Below are positions 27,229 through 35,366 of a stretch of 64,000 nucleotides of DNA, piece by piece. Both the position numbers and the translations under genes were made by a program. The notes under the pieces are model-generated. The model was not told the origin of the DNA. It worked only from the letters and a program-made list of their open reading frames with translations, and did not search any database. The stretch is from NCBI GenBank assembly GCA_022710585.1, contig JAKLGV010000003.1, positions 67,308 through 131,307 of the forward strand, written 5' to 3'. The stretch's first letter is position 1. The number at the start of each line of letters is the position of its first letter. The DNA is from Deltaproteobacteria bacterium (lineage in GTDB: Bacteria; Desulfobacterota; Syntrophia; Syntrophales; Smithellaceae).

Positions 27229-28236
27229 ATGAGCACATCAAATTATGACATAAAAAATTATTCATTTGTGTTCCCTAATTTTTCTGAGGATGATTGGATC
27301 GAACGCATAAATGAAACCGACGGTTTCAACAAAAGTTTACTAATTACTCAAATACGATTACTAAATCTGATCAAATCAATAAATGATAAACAGGTAACGC
27401 CAGCAAGACTTGCTTGGGTAAATCTCTGGACAAAATGCATGTCTTTGTTAGATGCTACATCCGCTGCTTTGTCTGGTAATTCTACTTTTATTTTAGACGT
27501 TCTCGGACGCATTTCAACGGAGACATTGTTGCATACCTTAACAATCGCTGATCCTTTTTTTAAGTCGTACGATAAAAAAAATAAATTGATTACCGATAAT
27601 TCAATGAAAATTGTTGATAAAATAGTTGATCGTCTATGTGCATACACAGCGTGGGCACTATCTGCAGACGTTAACTTCATTAAATGGGAGTTTATGAAGA
27701 AAGCAAATCTTGATATGATATGGGATCCAGAACCGGCTAGAAGTATTAAATATAATTCTCGTGAATATAATAAATATAAATCAATTTTTGGCGAGATAAC
27801 AATTGATATAGATCCTGTAACTTTACGAATAGGTAGAAAAAAACAAGAAGAAGAGCTAATGTTCGCGCGAAAGAGGATTGAGACATGGCTTAATCATCCT
27901 GATTTGTTTGAATGGCAGAAAACGATTAGAGAGTATAATGAACAGATAAAACCAAATACAGTATCTTTCTTTGCTCTGTTTAATGAAACCGAAAAAACAA
28001 TAAGAAGAAAAATGCAAAACATCGATTTGGGAATTGGCTATTTGAATTACAAGAAAGCATCATTGTTGATACACGGTTCAACAATAGAACAAATGAACTT
28101 AATTAACAATAACATGATATATCAAATAACACCTTCTTCTCGTGAAGATATAGAAACTAGCGCTGAACTCGTTCGTTCTGAATGTAACAACATAGCTTTA
28201 TGTCTTGAAATATTCAAAAGACAAAATATTATATAA
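27229..28236 (+). CDS. hypothetical protein (last gene of the alpha-CTD operon)
   Basis: It is 335 aa, helical in character and AT-rich. No motif recognised. Confidence 0.5.
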   Translation: MSTSNYDIKNYSFVFPNFSEDDWIERINETDGFNKSLLITQIRLLNLIKSINDKQVTPARLAWVNLWTKCMSLLDATSAALSGNSTFILDVLGRISTETLLHTLTIADPFFKSYDKKNKLITDNSMKIVDKIVDRLCAYTAWALSADVNFIKWEFMKKANLDMIWDPEPARSIKYNSREYNKYKSIFGEITIDIDPVTLRIGRKKQEEELMFARKRIETWLNHPDLFEWQKTIREYNEQIKPNTVSFFALFNETEKTIRRKMQNIDLGIGYLNYKKASLLIHGSTIEQMNLINNNMIYQITPSSREDIETSAELVRSECNNIALCLEIFKRQNII

Positions 28237-28312
28237 AGATCTATTTGTGCATTCTAGCATGATTAGTCGCTTCTTATGATTGGGAGCAATTGTTTTATAA
28301 GGGACAATCAAA

Positions 28313-28573
28313 ATGTCCATCCACATCATCCCCATAAATAAACTCAGTGCCGCAGCTTTAAAAGGTGTCATCGAAGAATTTATCACGAGAAGCGGAACCG
28401 ACTACGGAACAGAGGAAGCTACTCTGGATACTAAATTCAGGCAGGTCAAAAATCAGCTAAAGAACGGAACAGCTGTTCTTGTGTTTGATGACGAGACGGA
28501 GACTACTAATATATTCTTAGCTGATGATCCTGTGTTGAAGAAGATTGTTTGCTCTGAACAGAATATGACCTGA
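28313..28573 (+). CDS. YheU-family (UPF0270) protein
   Basis: IPINKLSAAALKGVIEEFITRSGTDYGTEEATLDTKFRQVKNQLKNGTAVLVFDDETETTNI parallels E. coli YheU (..L..LIESFVLREGTDYG..E.SL..KV..V..QL..GEAV.V). Confidence 0.65.
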   Translation: MSIHIIPINKLSAAALKGVIEEFITRSGTDYGTEEATLDTKFRQVKNQLKNGTAVLVFDDETETTNIFLADDPVLKKIVCSEQNMT

Positions 28574-28610
28574 CAGTTTATGCAAGTCTTATATTCACAT
28601 CTTCCTGTAG

Positions 28611-28844
28611 TTAACGGTTGAAAATGGATATGCAGACCGGGATGAAGAAAATAGATGATGCGATAATGGCTCCATAGGAAAACCAGTTCATGTATTTTTC
28701 ATATCCCCGAAGGCTTACATCCCAGTCACTTTTCTCAATGAACTGCTGAAATTCCCTGATCGGATTTATGGCTTTAAATTTCTTAAGGGTATATGCCACT
28801 TTTGTTCCTGCCACATTTTCGGAAAAAGTAATGTCTGCCTGCAT
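28611..28844 (-). CDS. small membrane protein
   Basis: It is 77 aa with a C-terminal hydrophobic helix (AIIASSIFFIPVCISIF). Confidence 0.35.
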   Translation of the reverse strand: MQADITFSENVAGTKVAYTLKKFKAINPIREFQQFIEKSDWDVSLRGYEKYMNWFSYGAIIASSIFFIPVCISIFNR

Positions 28845-28889
28845 TGTAGTTATCCTTTGATTTTATTTATTGATTATTTGACCGATAAG

Positions 28890-29477
28890 CTATGTGTGAT
28901 ATTTTCTGACGACTGCCGTGACAACTCCGCCAAGACGCAGTTCCGCTACAGGTTTAATCCTGGGGTATTTGGGATTGGCTGCTTCCAGATAAACCTCTTG
29001 GCCATTCTTGTGAAAATACTTCATTGTCCAAGCACCATCCACCTCGGCAATTACAATGTCTCCCGTTTTCGGTTCTTTGCCACGTTCGACAAGCACCAAA
29101 TCATCCGGCATGATTCCGGCACCGATCATGGAATCTCCATCAACCTTCAGAAGAAATGACTCTGCCTGTTTTGTGATCAGGTACTCGTCAAAGGAGATTA
29201 CATCGCGCAATTCTTCTTCTGCCGGTGAGGGAAAGCCGGCTGATACCTGTCCGGCTAACGGGACACCGATAAGCGGGTTAATAAACGTCAGATGTCCTGA
29301 TTTGTCCTTTTCCAGAATCCCTTCCTGCAAGAGTTTGTTCATCCAGAAATGGACAACGCTCTTCGACCTGACGGCAAGCAAAGTAAGCATTTCCTCATAA
29401 GTCGGCATACGATGGCGATCACGGTTAAAATCGGCTAACTTTTGCGCTACTGATTTTATGGTTCGTTTCGTTTCCAT
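28890..29477 (-). CDS. LexA/CI-type repressor with S24 autopeptidase domain
   Basis: It has an N-terminal wHTH (MPTYEEMLTLL..), an AG cleavage-site region (PLAGQVSAGFPSP), the catalytic GDSM, and the downstream K in TMKYF. It is 195 aa. Confidence 0.85.
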   Translation of the reverse strand: METKRTIKSVAQKLADFNRDRHRMPTYEEMLTLLAVRSKSVVHFWMNKLLQEGILEKDKSGHLTFINPLIGVPLAGQVSAGFPSPAEEELRDVISFDEYLITKQAESFLLKVDGDSMIGAGIMPDDLVLVERGKEPKTGDIVIAEVDGAWTMKYFHKNGQEVYLEAANPKYPRIKPVAELRLGGVVTAVVRKYHT

Positions 29478-29484
29478 GGTTCGT

Positions 29485-29514
29485 ACTATAATAGAACAAA
29501 TGTTCTATTGTCAA
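29485..29514 (-). promoter_or_regulatory. repressor promoter with embedded palindromic operator (GAAC-N4-GTTC type)
   Basis: On the minus strand the sequence reads TTGACA (29514-29509), an 18-nt spacer, then TATAGT (29490-29485). The perfect 16-bp palindrome TAGAACAAATGTTCTA (29492-29507) fills the spacer. The -10 element ends only 7 nt before the ATG at 29477. Confidence 0.55.
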
Positions 29515-29652
29515 GAATATTTTTAATTATTAATAAACATGGGTCATCTGATGAACCGGTCTTAAGATTTATTCTGTAATTCAAATTGATTTATGCAAAA
29601 CAATAATTTATAAGTAAAACACACTGTTAAAATAAATCATGGAGGATACTAA

Positions 29653-29922
29653 ATGAACAAGTCTGATTTGATCGAAGAAGTAGCAAAGGTAACATGCACT
29701 AAGAAGGAAGCAACAGAGGTAATAGAAGCAACACTGGCAGCCATCCAGAAATCACTCAAGAAAGGCAATTCTGTAACTCTGGTGGGATTCGGGACATTTG
29801 ATGTCAAGAAGAGAAAAGCCCGCACAGGCAGAAATCCTCAGACAGGAAAAGCACTTAAGATAGCCGCCAAGAAGGTTCCCGTATTCAAAGCCGGAAAAGG
29901 CCTAAAAGACGCCGTAAAGTAA
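29653..29922 (+). CDS. HU-family nucleoid-associated DNA-binding protein
   Basis: [11 protein letters not shown]....K.EA...IEA....I...L..G..V.LVGFGTF.V..R.AR.GRNPQTG..L.I...KVP.FKAGK is the canonical HU/IHF signature. Confidence 0.9.
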   Translation: MNKSDLIEEVAKVTCTKKEATEVIEATLAAIQKSLKKGNSVTLVGFGTFDVKKRKARTGRNPQTGKALKIAAKKVPVFKAGKGLKDAVK

Positions 29923-29998
29923 AATTGTTCAAAAGCGATTCATAAGGAGCTGCCTGTCATATTGATGGGTGGCTCTTTTTTCTAATTCGAGACATGAC

Positions 29999-30187
29999 AT
30001 GAAAATCTGCAAAAACTGTTTCCGGGAATTTGATGAACAAAAAGATGTCAATTGCAATCCTATCTCAGAATTGGGTAAGATATTTTTAGAGTATATCGCA
30101 GGAGATAATCCTGCCGATTACTGCCCAGAGTGTCGAGAAGAACCGGGAATGTTGAATATCGCGGGATTCGAAACAGATAAGTACTAA
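29999..30187 (+). CDS. small putative zinc-ribbon protein
   Basis: It reads MKICKNCFREF...YCPECREE, giving two CxxC pairs. The ATG at 29999 lies inside ORF 29969..30187. Confidence 0.35.
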   Translation: MKICKNCFREFDEQKDVNCNPISELGKIFLEYIAGDNPADYCPECREEPGMLNIAGFETDKY

Positions 30188-30246
30188 TCTGTTTTCAATT
30201 TTTGTATAATATCGATTTCGAAACGTAAATATTTATCCCTGAAAAT

Positions 30247-30579
30247 CTAATTCAGCGATCGGCAGTAATCTCCATCAGACGTAAAACCTTTCGGACATCT
30301 CTTACCAACCTTCTGAATGACCTGTGTCGGTTTGCTTTGTATCCTGCGGCAATAATCGCCATCAGAAGTAAATCCGAAAGGACATCGTCTCCCGATCTTG
30401 GCAATCACTTCTTTGGCACCCGCCAACGGCCTGCAATAGCTGCCGTCAGATGTGTATCCGAAGGGACATCGCTTGCCAATCTTTTGTATCATTCCTTGAG
30501 AGAAGGCATTATCAGTGACAGCAACAAAAATGAATATGAGGATCGTCATTCCCAAAAGGACATTAAATAATTTTGTCAT
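30247..30579 (-). CDS. secreted protein with three tandem Cys-containing repeats
   Basis: It has a signal-peptide-like N-terminus followed by 3 repeats of G(K/R)RCP.G(Y/F)TSDG.YCR, spaced about 30 aa apart. Confidence 0.55.
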   Translation of the reverse strand: MTKLFNVLLGMTILIFIFVAVTDNAFSQGMIQKIGKRCPFGYTSDGSYCRPLAGAKEVIAKIGRRCPFGFTSDGDYCRRIQSKPTQVIQKVGKRCPKGFTSDGDYCRSLN

Positions 30580-30626
30580 TTTTTCCCCTGTCAGAATTTA
30601 TCACCGGCAACAGCTCCATCTAAAGC

Positions 30627-30812
30627 TCAAGCCGCATCGCCAGGATAAGGTTTCTTTGTATGCTTATTCCAAACGCCTTCATTTATTTTCATCTCCTGCA
30701 AGGTAACTGACAACTGCTGGCCCTCTTTCCAGAAATGATATTTGGGATCTGAATTGAAAGGAATGACGACGTTTCCTGAATCATCAATATAAGGGAATTG
30801 TTTGTTTGACAT
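30627..30812 (-). CDS. small hypothetical protein
   Basis: It is a 61-aa ORF with no recognised motif. Confidence 0.3.
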   Translation of the reverse strand: MSNKQFPYIDDSGNVVIPFNSDPKYHFWKEGQQLSVTLQEMKINEGVWNKHTKKPYPGDAA

Positions 30813-30969
30813 ATTATGAGTTCCTTTAAATAAATTGATTTACCGGCGAGATCTGCCGTTAATTAACTATATTACGCCTGTTTTTTCCTGAAGTAAATAC
30901 GTCAAATTCAAAATTCAATTATCTCGTATAGAAATTATTAACATATAAAAAACTATAGGAGGTTTTTGC

Positions 30970-31197
30970 ATGAAAAATTTTAAGGTCATCTTTATGGCGG
31001 CAGGAGCAGCAGTATCTCTGCTGGCATTCGAACCGACAACACTTTTGGCAAAGGTCGCTGTTGGCGCGGTTGGAGCGGCTGTCGGCGCTGTTTTGGCTGA
31101 TCCTGTCTCTGAGGAAGCTGCGGAGTTCAAGAAGCAGATTCAGGAACTGAAGATGCAGATGAGGCAGAAGCCTGTCGAAGCGACTGTCGCTGATTAA
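30970..31197 (+). CDS. small secreted/membrane protein
   Basis: It is 75 aa with AGGAGG upstream. It has a signal-like N-terminus, then an Ala/Gly/Val-rich segment and a charged helix. Confidence 0.35.
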   Translation: MKNFKVIFMAAGAAVSLLAFEPTTLLAKVAVGAVGAAVGAVLADPVSEEAAEFKKQIQELKMQMRQKPVEATVAD

Positions 31198-31433
31198 AAG
31201 TGTTACAGTTAAAAAATCCCTGGTGGCTGATGAAGTCACCGGGGAATTTTTATTGTAAAATTTCTTATTTAAAGATTTCACATAGAAATTATTAAGACAT
31301 CAAATTCAGATGTGATGATTACTGTGCCTTCAGAAAGCACAGTGACCGTCGCTGAAGCGATCGTGCTAATGATCTTTTATCTTGATACATTTCTGGCAAA
31401 TTTGTAACAGGATAAAAAATCATGGTACGGTTA

Positions 31434-32654
31434 CTATTTGGTAGGCAGAGACTTTTCGCGAGGAGAGTTTCTGTTTTTCTTTTTTTTAACTCTTAACATA
31501 TTTTCTAAGCCCTTCACCACATCCTTCTTGTGCTCTGGACTTAAATGTGAATAACGTTCACTCATAGCAATGCTTTTATGACCCATTAACTTTGCTATTG
31601 TATAAAGAGGCGTTCCTTGAATTGCAAGCCATGAAGCAAAGGTGTGCCTACAAGTATGGAAAACAACTCTTTGCCTTCGATCGGTAACGTCATTATTAAA
31701 TCCTAAATCATCAACGACTCGTTGAAAGGCATTGGAGATTTCTTTAATTTTTTGACCGTCTTTATCTTTAAAGATGTAATCATTTAAATTATCCGGTAAA
31801 CGATGATCTAATATTTTCTTAACTGTTCCTGTCATTGGCGCGTAACGTGTTTCACCATTTTTTGTATCACGTAAAGTAACAAGATCATTTTTTAAATCTA
31901 CATCACAGCCTTTAAGATTAAATATTTCAGAGGCTCTTGCGCCTGTATGCAAAGAAATTAAGGTCATGTCATGTAGTTTTGGATCTTTCAGCTCTTTGTA
32001 CTCCTTCTTTATTTGATGGTTACGCTTCAATTCTTTTAAAAGAATGCCTGCTTCTTCGTCTGAAAAATATCTATCACGAGCATTGTGTATAATTGGCATA
32101 ATACCTTTTTTTTCGCCCGGCCTCTTCTTTTTGACAGGGTTGTTTCCATGATACATATCCCAGTCTGCTGCTTTATTAAACATGGCACGTATCAAAGAAA
32201 GACAATGTGATACAGTCTTAGGAGATAAATTATCCTTTAACATTTCCGATTTCATACGCTCAAGATCAAGTAGGGAAATTTCATCGAGACGTTTATTATC
32301 GAAACGAGATTTCAGATGATTTTCGTATCTACTTTTATCTTCAATCCCATCTCTGTTCTTATTTTCTGCTGACCATTTTAGATACTCTTCGGCTAATTTA
32401 CTGAACGTGATAGGCTTTTTTGTTTGTTTTGGCAACGCTTCTCCATGTCTTAAAGATCGCAGCCTTTCTGCTCTGATATGCGTCGCTGCTTGCGCAGAAT
32501 ATCCTTCAGATGTCCAACCTGCTTTTTCCCATATCTTCCTTTCTCCAGCTTTATATGTCAGATAAAAGCATTTATCTGTTTTACCATTAAAACGTCTTTC
32601 GTTAGATTCTATATAATAAATACCCGGTTGATTGTTGACCTTGATCTTTTTCAT
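31434..32654 (-). CDS. int: tyrosine-type site-specific recombinase (island integrase)
   Basis: The C-terminal catalytic region reads HTGARASE...HTCRHTFASWLAIQG..LYTIAKLMGHKSIAMSERYSHL (R..HxxR..Y). It is 406 aa and adjacent to the tRNA fragment. Confidence 0.9.
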   Translation of the reverse strand: MKKIKVNNQPGIYYIESNERRFNGKTDKCFYLTYKAGERKIWEKAGWTSEGYSAQAATHIRAERLRSLRHGEALPKQTKKPITFSKLAEEYLKWSAENKNRDGIEDKSRYENHLKSRFDNKRLDEISLLDLERMKSEMLKDNLSPKTVSHCLSLIRAMFNKAADWDMYHGNNPVKKKRPGEKKGIMPIIHNARDRYFSDEEAGILLKELKRNHQIKKEYKELKDPKLHDMTLISLHTGARASEIFNLKGCDVDLKNDLVTLRDTKNGETRYAPMTGTVKKILDHRLPDNLNDYIFKDKDGQKIKEISNAFQRVVDDLGFNNDVTDRRQRVVFHTCRHTFASWLAIQGTPLYTIAKLMGHKSIAMSERYSHLSPEHKKDVVKGLENMLRVKKKKNRNSPREKSLPTK

Positions 32655-32670
32655 TGCTGATATAGCCTAT

Positions 32671-32697
32671 ACCCTATTTCTACCCTATTTCTACCCT
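32671..32697. repeat. tandem 11-bp direct repeats (ACCCTATTTCT x2 plus partial), candidate integrase arm-type sites
   Basis: ACCCTATTTCT occurs at 32671-32681 and 32682-32692, followed by ACCCT. An inverted copy, AGAAATAGG, lies at 32787-32795 next to the att core. Confidence 0.4.
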
Positions 32698-32812
32698 TTG
32701 GAGTGAAATATAGAGTAACACGAGGTAATAGTCAATTTATATTTTATTAATTATAACATATTATTAGGCAATAGTAAGCAGCTCGGAGAAATAGGAAGAA
32801 ATGGCTTATAAA

Positions 32813-32860
32813 GGGCTCATAACCCAAAGGTCGAAGGTTCGAATCCTTCCCCCGCTACCA
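32813..32860 (+). other. 3' 48-nt fragment of tRNA-Met(CAU), initiator-like; island attachment-site core (not an intact tRNA)
   Basis: GGGCTCATAACCC is the anticodon loop with three G-C pairs. It is followed by AAGGTC, the T arm GAAGGTTCGAATCCTTC, the acceptor 3' strand CCCCGCT, then A and CCA. The upstream sequence cannot supply a complementary acceptor 5' strand (AGCGGGG is absent) or a D arm. Confidence 0.7.
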
Positions 32861-32870
32861 AAATAAATTC

Positions 32871-32909
32871 AAGAGGTTAGAAGAAATTCTAGCCTCTTTA
32901 TTTTTTTTA
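32871..32909 (+). terminator. rho-independent terminator following the tRNA 3' end
   Basis: AAGAGGTTAG (32871-80) pairs with CTAGCCTCTT (32889-98) as a 10-bp stem with one G-U pair. The loop is 8 nt, followed by a long T-run to 32909. Confidence 0.7.
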
Positions 32910-33280
32910 TAATTTCAACTTCCAGCCTTACTTCCAACCCGCAGCATTAAAAAAAGCATTTTTGCCGTTGAATAATTCTTTTTTTAGTAGACCGCAAAGG
33001 CCGCTGTTAACCACCATCTTCTCGCGGAAGCAATTAAGCTTTCTGCGTCCGAACTGTTCTGGTTCAAGATTTAATGGGCTTGAACCAGCTAAAAGATACT
33101 GACGGGACGGTTTTCATAGTGGCAAAAGTCTAATCCAAAAGAAAGAGCAGGCGAGATTAATTAAGTGTTATGTCCCTCGAATCGTATTTCCCGAAGCAAA
33201 GAAAGCTCGCAACCGAACCACTGTCTGTGATCTGGAATCGAGCGATATAATCGAATTAAGCATTATCATTTGTATCACTA

Positions 33281-34786
33281 TTAAAGGCATACTCTCAAAC
33301 TTCTGACCTTTTCTAATAACGCACAATTTCCTAGATCACATGCTTTTTGTACGTCATAACAACCAAGTTCTTTGTTACCACTCATTAGATATAGCTGTCC
33401 TCTGCCATGATAGGGCACATAAAAATTAGGTCTTATACGAATTGCCTCACTAAAATTATATATAGCCTCTCTAATTTTTCCTTCTTCAATCAGAGCACTA
33501 CCTAATTGGATATGCGCTAGGTAATTATCCTTTGTCACCTGTAAAGCATGATTGGAAAGCTTTATGCTGTCTTTCCAATAACCACATTGATTCCATGTTA
33601 AGATTGATAGAATGACTATGAAGACTATTGTTGTTGGTAATACAATCTTCATGCGCATATTTTTACTCTTAATTAAAGACGAAATTCCCCATGCCAAGAT
33701 AACTGCAATACCTATAGAGGGTAGATAATGATAACGGTCAGCCATTGCAGATGGCGTTGTTCCGTTAATTTCAATAATTCCAATAACTGGAATAATAGTG
33801 ATTGCATACCACAACCAGCCGACCAACACATAAGGTAAACGTTTAGCCATAACTATTGCAGCTGTACTAATAATAATTATCACAAAAGAAGTTCCTATAA
33901 CTTTCCATACTGGGATTTGCTCTAAAAAAGGATAAAAGAAAGCCATGTCATGAGGCCAAACCGTTTTGTATAGATAAGTAATAAAAGCAACGGGGGAGTT
34001 GGCTAACCGGTAAATAAGAGAAAAATGTGACACGTTTGAGGTATTTGGATTATATAAAGTTGTAATAACAATAATAATGGATAAAATAAAAAAAGGTGTT
34101 TTTTCTCTAATTTGCCATAATATCAAGTTTTCTTTTTTAGAATTAAAACGTTTCAGCGGCCAGTAATCCAGTAAAATCATAATCACCGGCAGGGTGATCA
34201 CCATCGGTTTGCTCATTATAGCCAGAACAAAAGAAAAAAGAACAAGCACATATCTTTTAACAGCGGGTTTTTCCGTATAATAGACATAAAAACATAAAGT
34301 CAGCATCCAGAAGAAAGCGCTCAAGACATCTTTTCTTTCAGCTATCCAAGCAACAGATTCTACATGGAGAGGATGCAGAGCAAAAAAAGCGGCGACAAAG
34401 GCGCTTTTCCAAACCGCACCGGTCATGCGGTTAAAGAGCCAGAATAGAAGCAGGGTACTGATGATATGCAAAATTAAATTGGTAACATGATAACCGCTGG
34501 CGTTCAATTCATGAAGTTGATAATCAAACATGAGGGATAGCCATGTTAGCGGATGCCATAAACCGAGATATTTTGTAGTGAACGACCAACAAAGTCCTTC
34601 TGGTGTAATTCCGGTGAGAACATGACTATTATTTGTGACAAAAAATGGGTCACCGTAATTGCTGAAATCAAATTGATTAACTTGCCAGTAAACAGCGAGT
34701 ATGATTATTGTTAAAAAAATATAAACAATGAATTTCTGTATTTGTGATTTAATTAATATATTTAACATTTTATAAATTAATATCAC
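33281..34786 (-). CDS. polytopic GT-C/PMT-like (TMTC-type) membrane protein with C-terminal TPR repeats; AT-rich, intact
   Basis: It has many TM segments and the conserved block HPLTWLSLMFDYQL...GYHVTNLILH...FALHPLHVESVAWIAERKDVL. The C-terminus has TPR-like repeats. It is a clear paralogue of 39681-41293. Confidence 0.7.
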   Translation of the reverse strand: MILIYKMLNILIKSQIQKFIVYIFLTIIILAVYWQVNQFDFSNYGDPFFVTNNSHVLTGITPEGLCWSFTTKYLGLWHPLTWLSLMFDYQLHELNASGYHVTNLILHIISTLLLFWLFNRMTGAVWKSAFVAAFFALHPLHVESVAWIAERKDVLSAFFWMLTLCFYVYYTEKPAVKRYVLVLFSFVLAIMSKPMVITLPVIMILLDYWPLKRFNSKKENLILWQIREKTPFFILSIIIVITTLYNPNTSNVSHFSLIYRLANSPVAFITYLYKTVWPHDMAFFYPFLEQIPVWKVIGTSFVIIIISTAAIVMAKRLPYVLVGWLWYAITIIPVIGIIEINGTTPSAMADRYHYLPSIGIAVILAWGISSLIKSKNMRMKIVLPTTIVFIVILSILTWNQCGYWKDSIKLSNHALQVTKDNYLAHIQLGSALIEEGKIREAIYNFSEAIRIRPNFYVPYHGRGQLYLMSGNKELGCYDVQKACDLGNCALLEKVRSLRVCL

Positions 34787-35366
34787 ATATTCAATTATGT
34801 GTCAGCAGTATTTTTGCTTGGTATTTTTGCTTGGTTTCTTCCTGCAAGTTTTATTTTCTAATTTTATATTTTATACACATGTTTTAACCAGCAATCATGA
34901 ACTAAGAGCAATTCGCCACCTTCCGAGGGATTGACAAATAAAACCAAAAGCGTATTTTGAATGCATCTTCTAGTCACAATCAGAATGAAGATGTATGTAA
35001 AGAAATAGGTGGTTCAGACAAGCGTCTAAATCATCTGCAAAACCATGCACCGTCATGACATGATCATCCGGGATTATGCCTTGTCGTTTGCTTGTATAAT
35101 CTCGCGCATCAAATAGAACAGATTTATAATTTAGCCGCCGGAGAGCCTACACGTGAGGGGTGTTTCTAAAATAAATAGCCAAGTATTTGATTATAAAGAA
35201 CATATATATTTTAAACAAAAAAACTTTTTTGGCCCATGGAGTACTAAGGGAATGAATTTTATCCTTGCTTTCCTCTTTTAAATATAATGAATAGTGCTAT
35301 TATGGTTTCCGGTCATTCGGAAAAGTCCAATAAACTGTCGTTTATGAGTAATAAAAGGAGTGCGTC

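Noticed and set aside
32671-32697. CRISPR array or other spaced-repeat locus (also checked the IS21 sub-terminal repeats at 17680-17760 and 20180-20285, and the 13-bp duplication GTATTTTTGCTTG x2 at 34808-34833)
   Set aside because: The repeats are only 11-13 bp, directly abutting or irregularly spaced, with no 25-40 bp repeat/spacer periodicity and no cas genes nearby. They are better explained as recombinase or transposase binding sites or simple duplications.
32785-32860. A complete tRNA-Met gene
   Set aside because: The 3' 48 nt fit a tRNA perfectly. The upstream 28 nt cannot pair with the acceptor 3' strand CCCCGCT (no AGCGGGG) and would give a D loop of about 24 nt. I therefore call it a truncated att copy, not a functional tRNA.
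1-32860. Calling the island a prophage or an ICE
   Set aside because: No capsid, portal, terminase or tail genes, and no relaxase or recognisable T4SS genes, lie in the visible 32 kb. The HerA/FtsK-type ATPase at 1933-5055 lacks the TM and architecture features I would expect of VirB4, VirD4 or TraB. The element type is left open.
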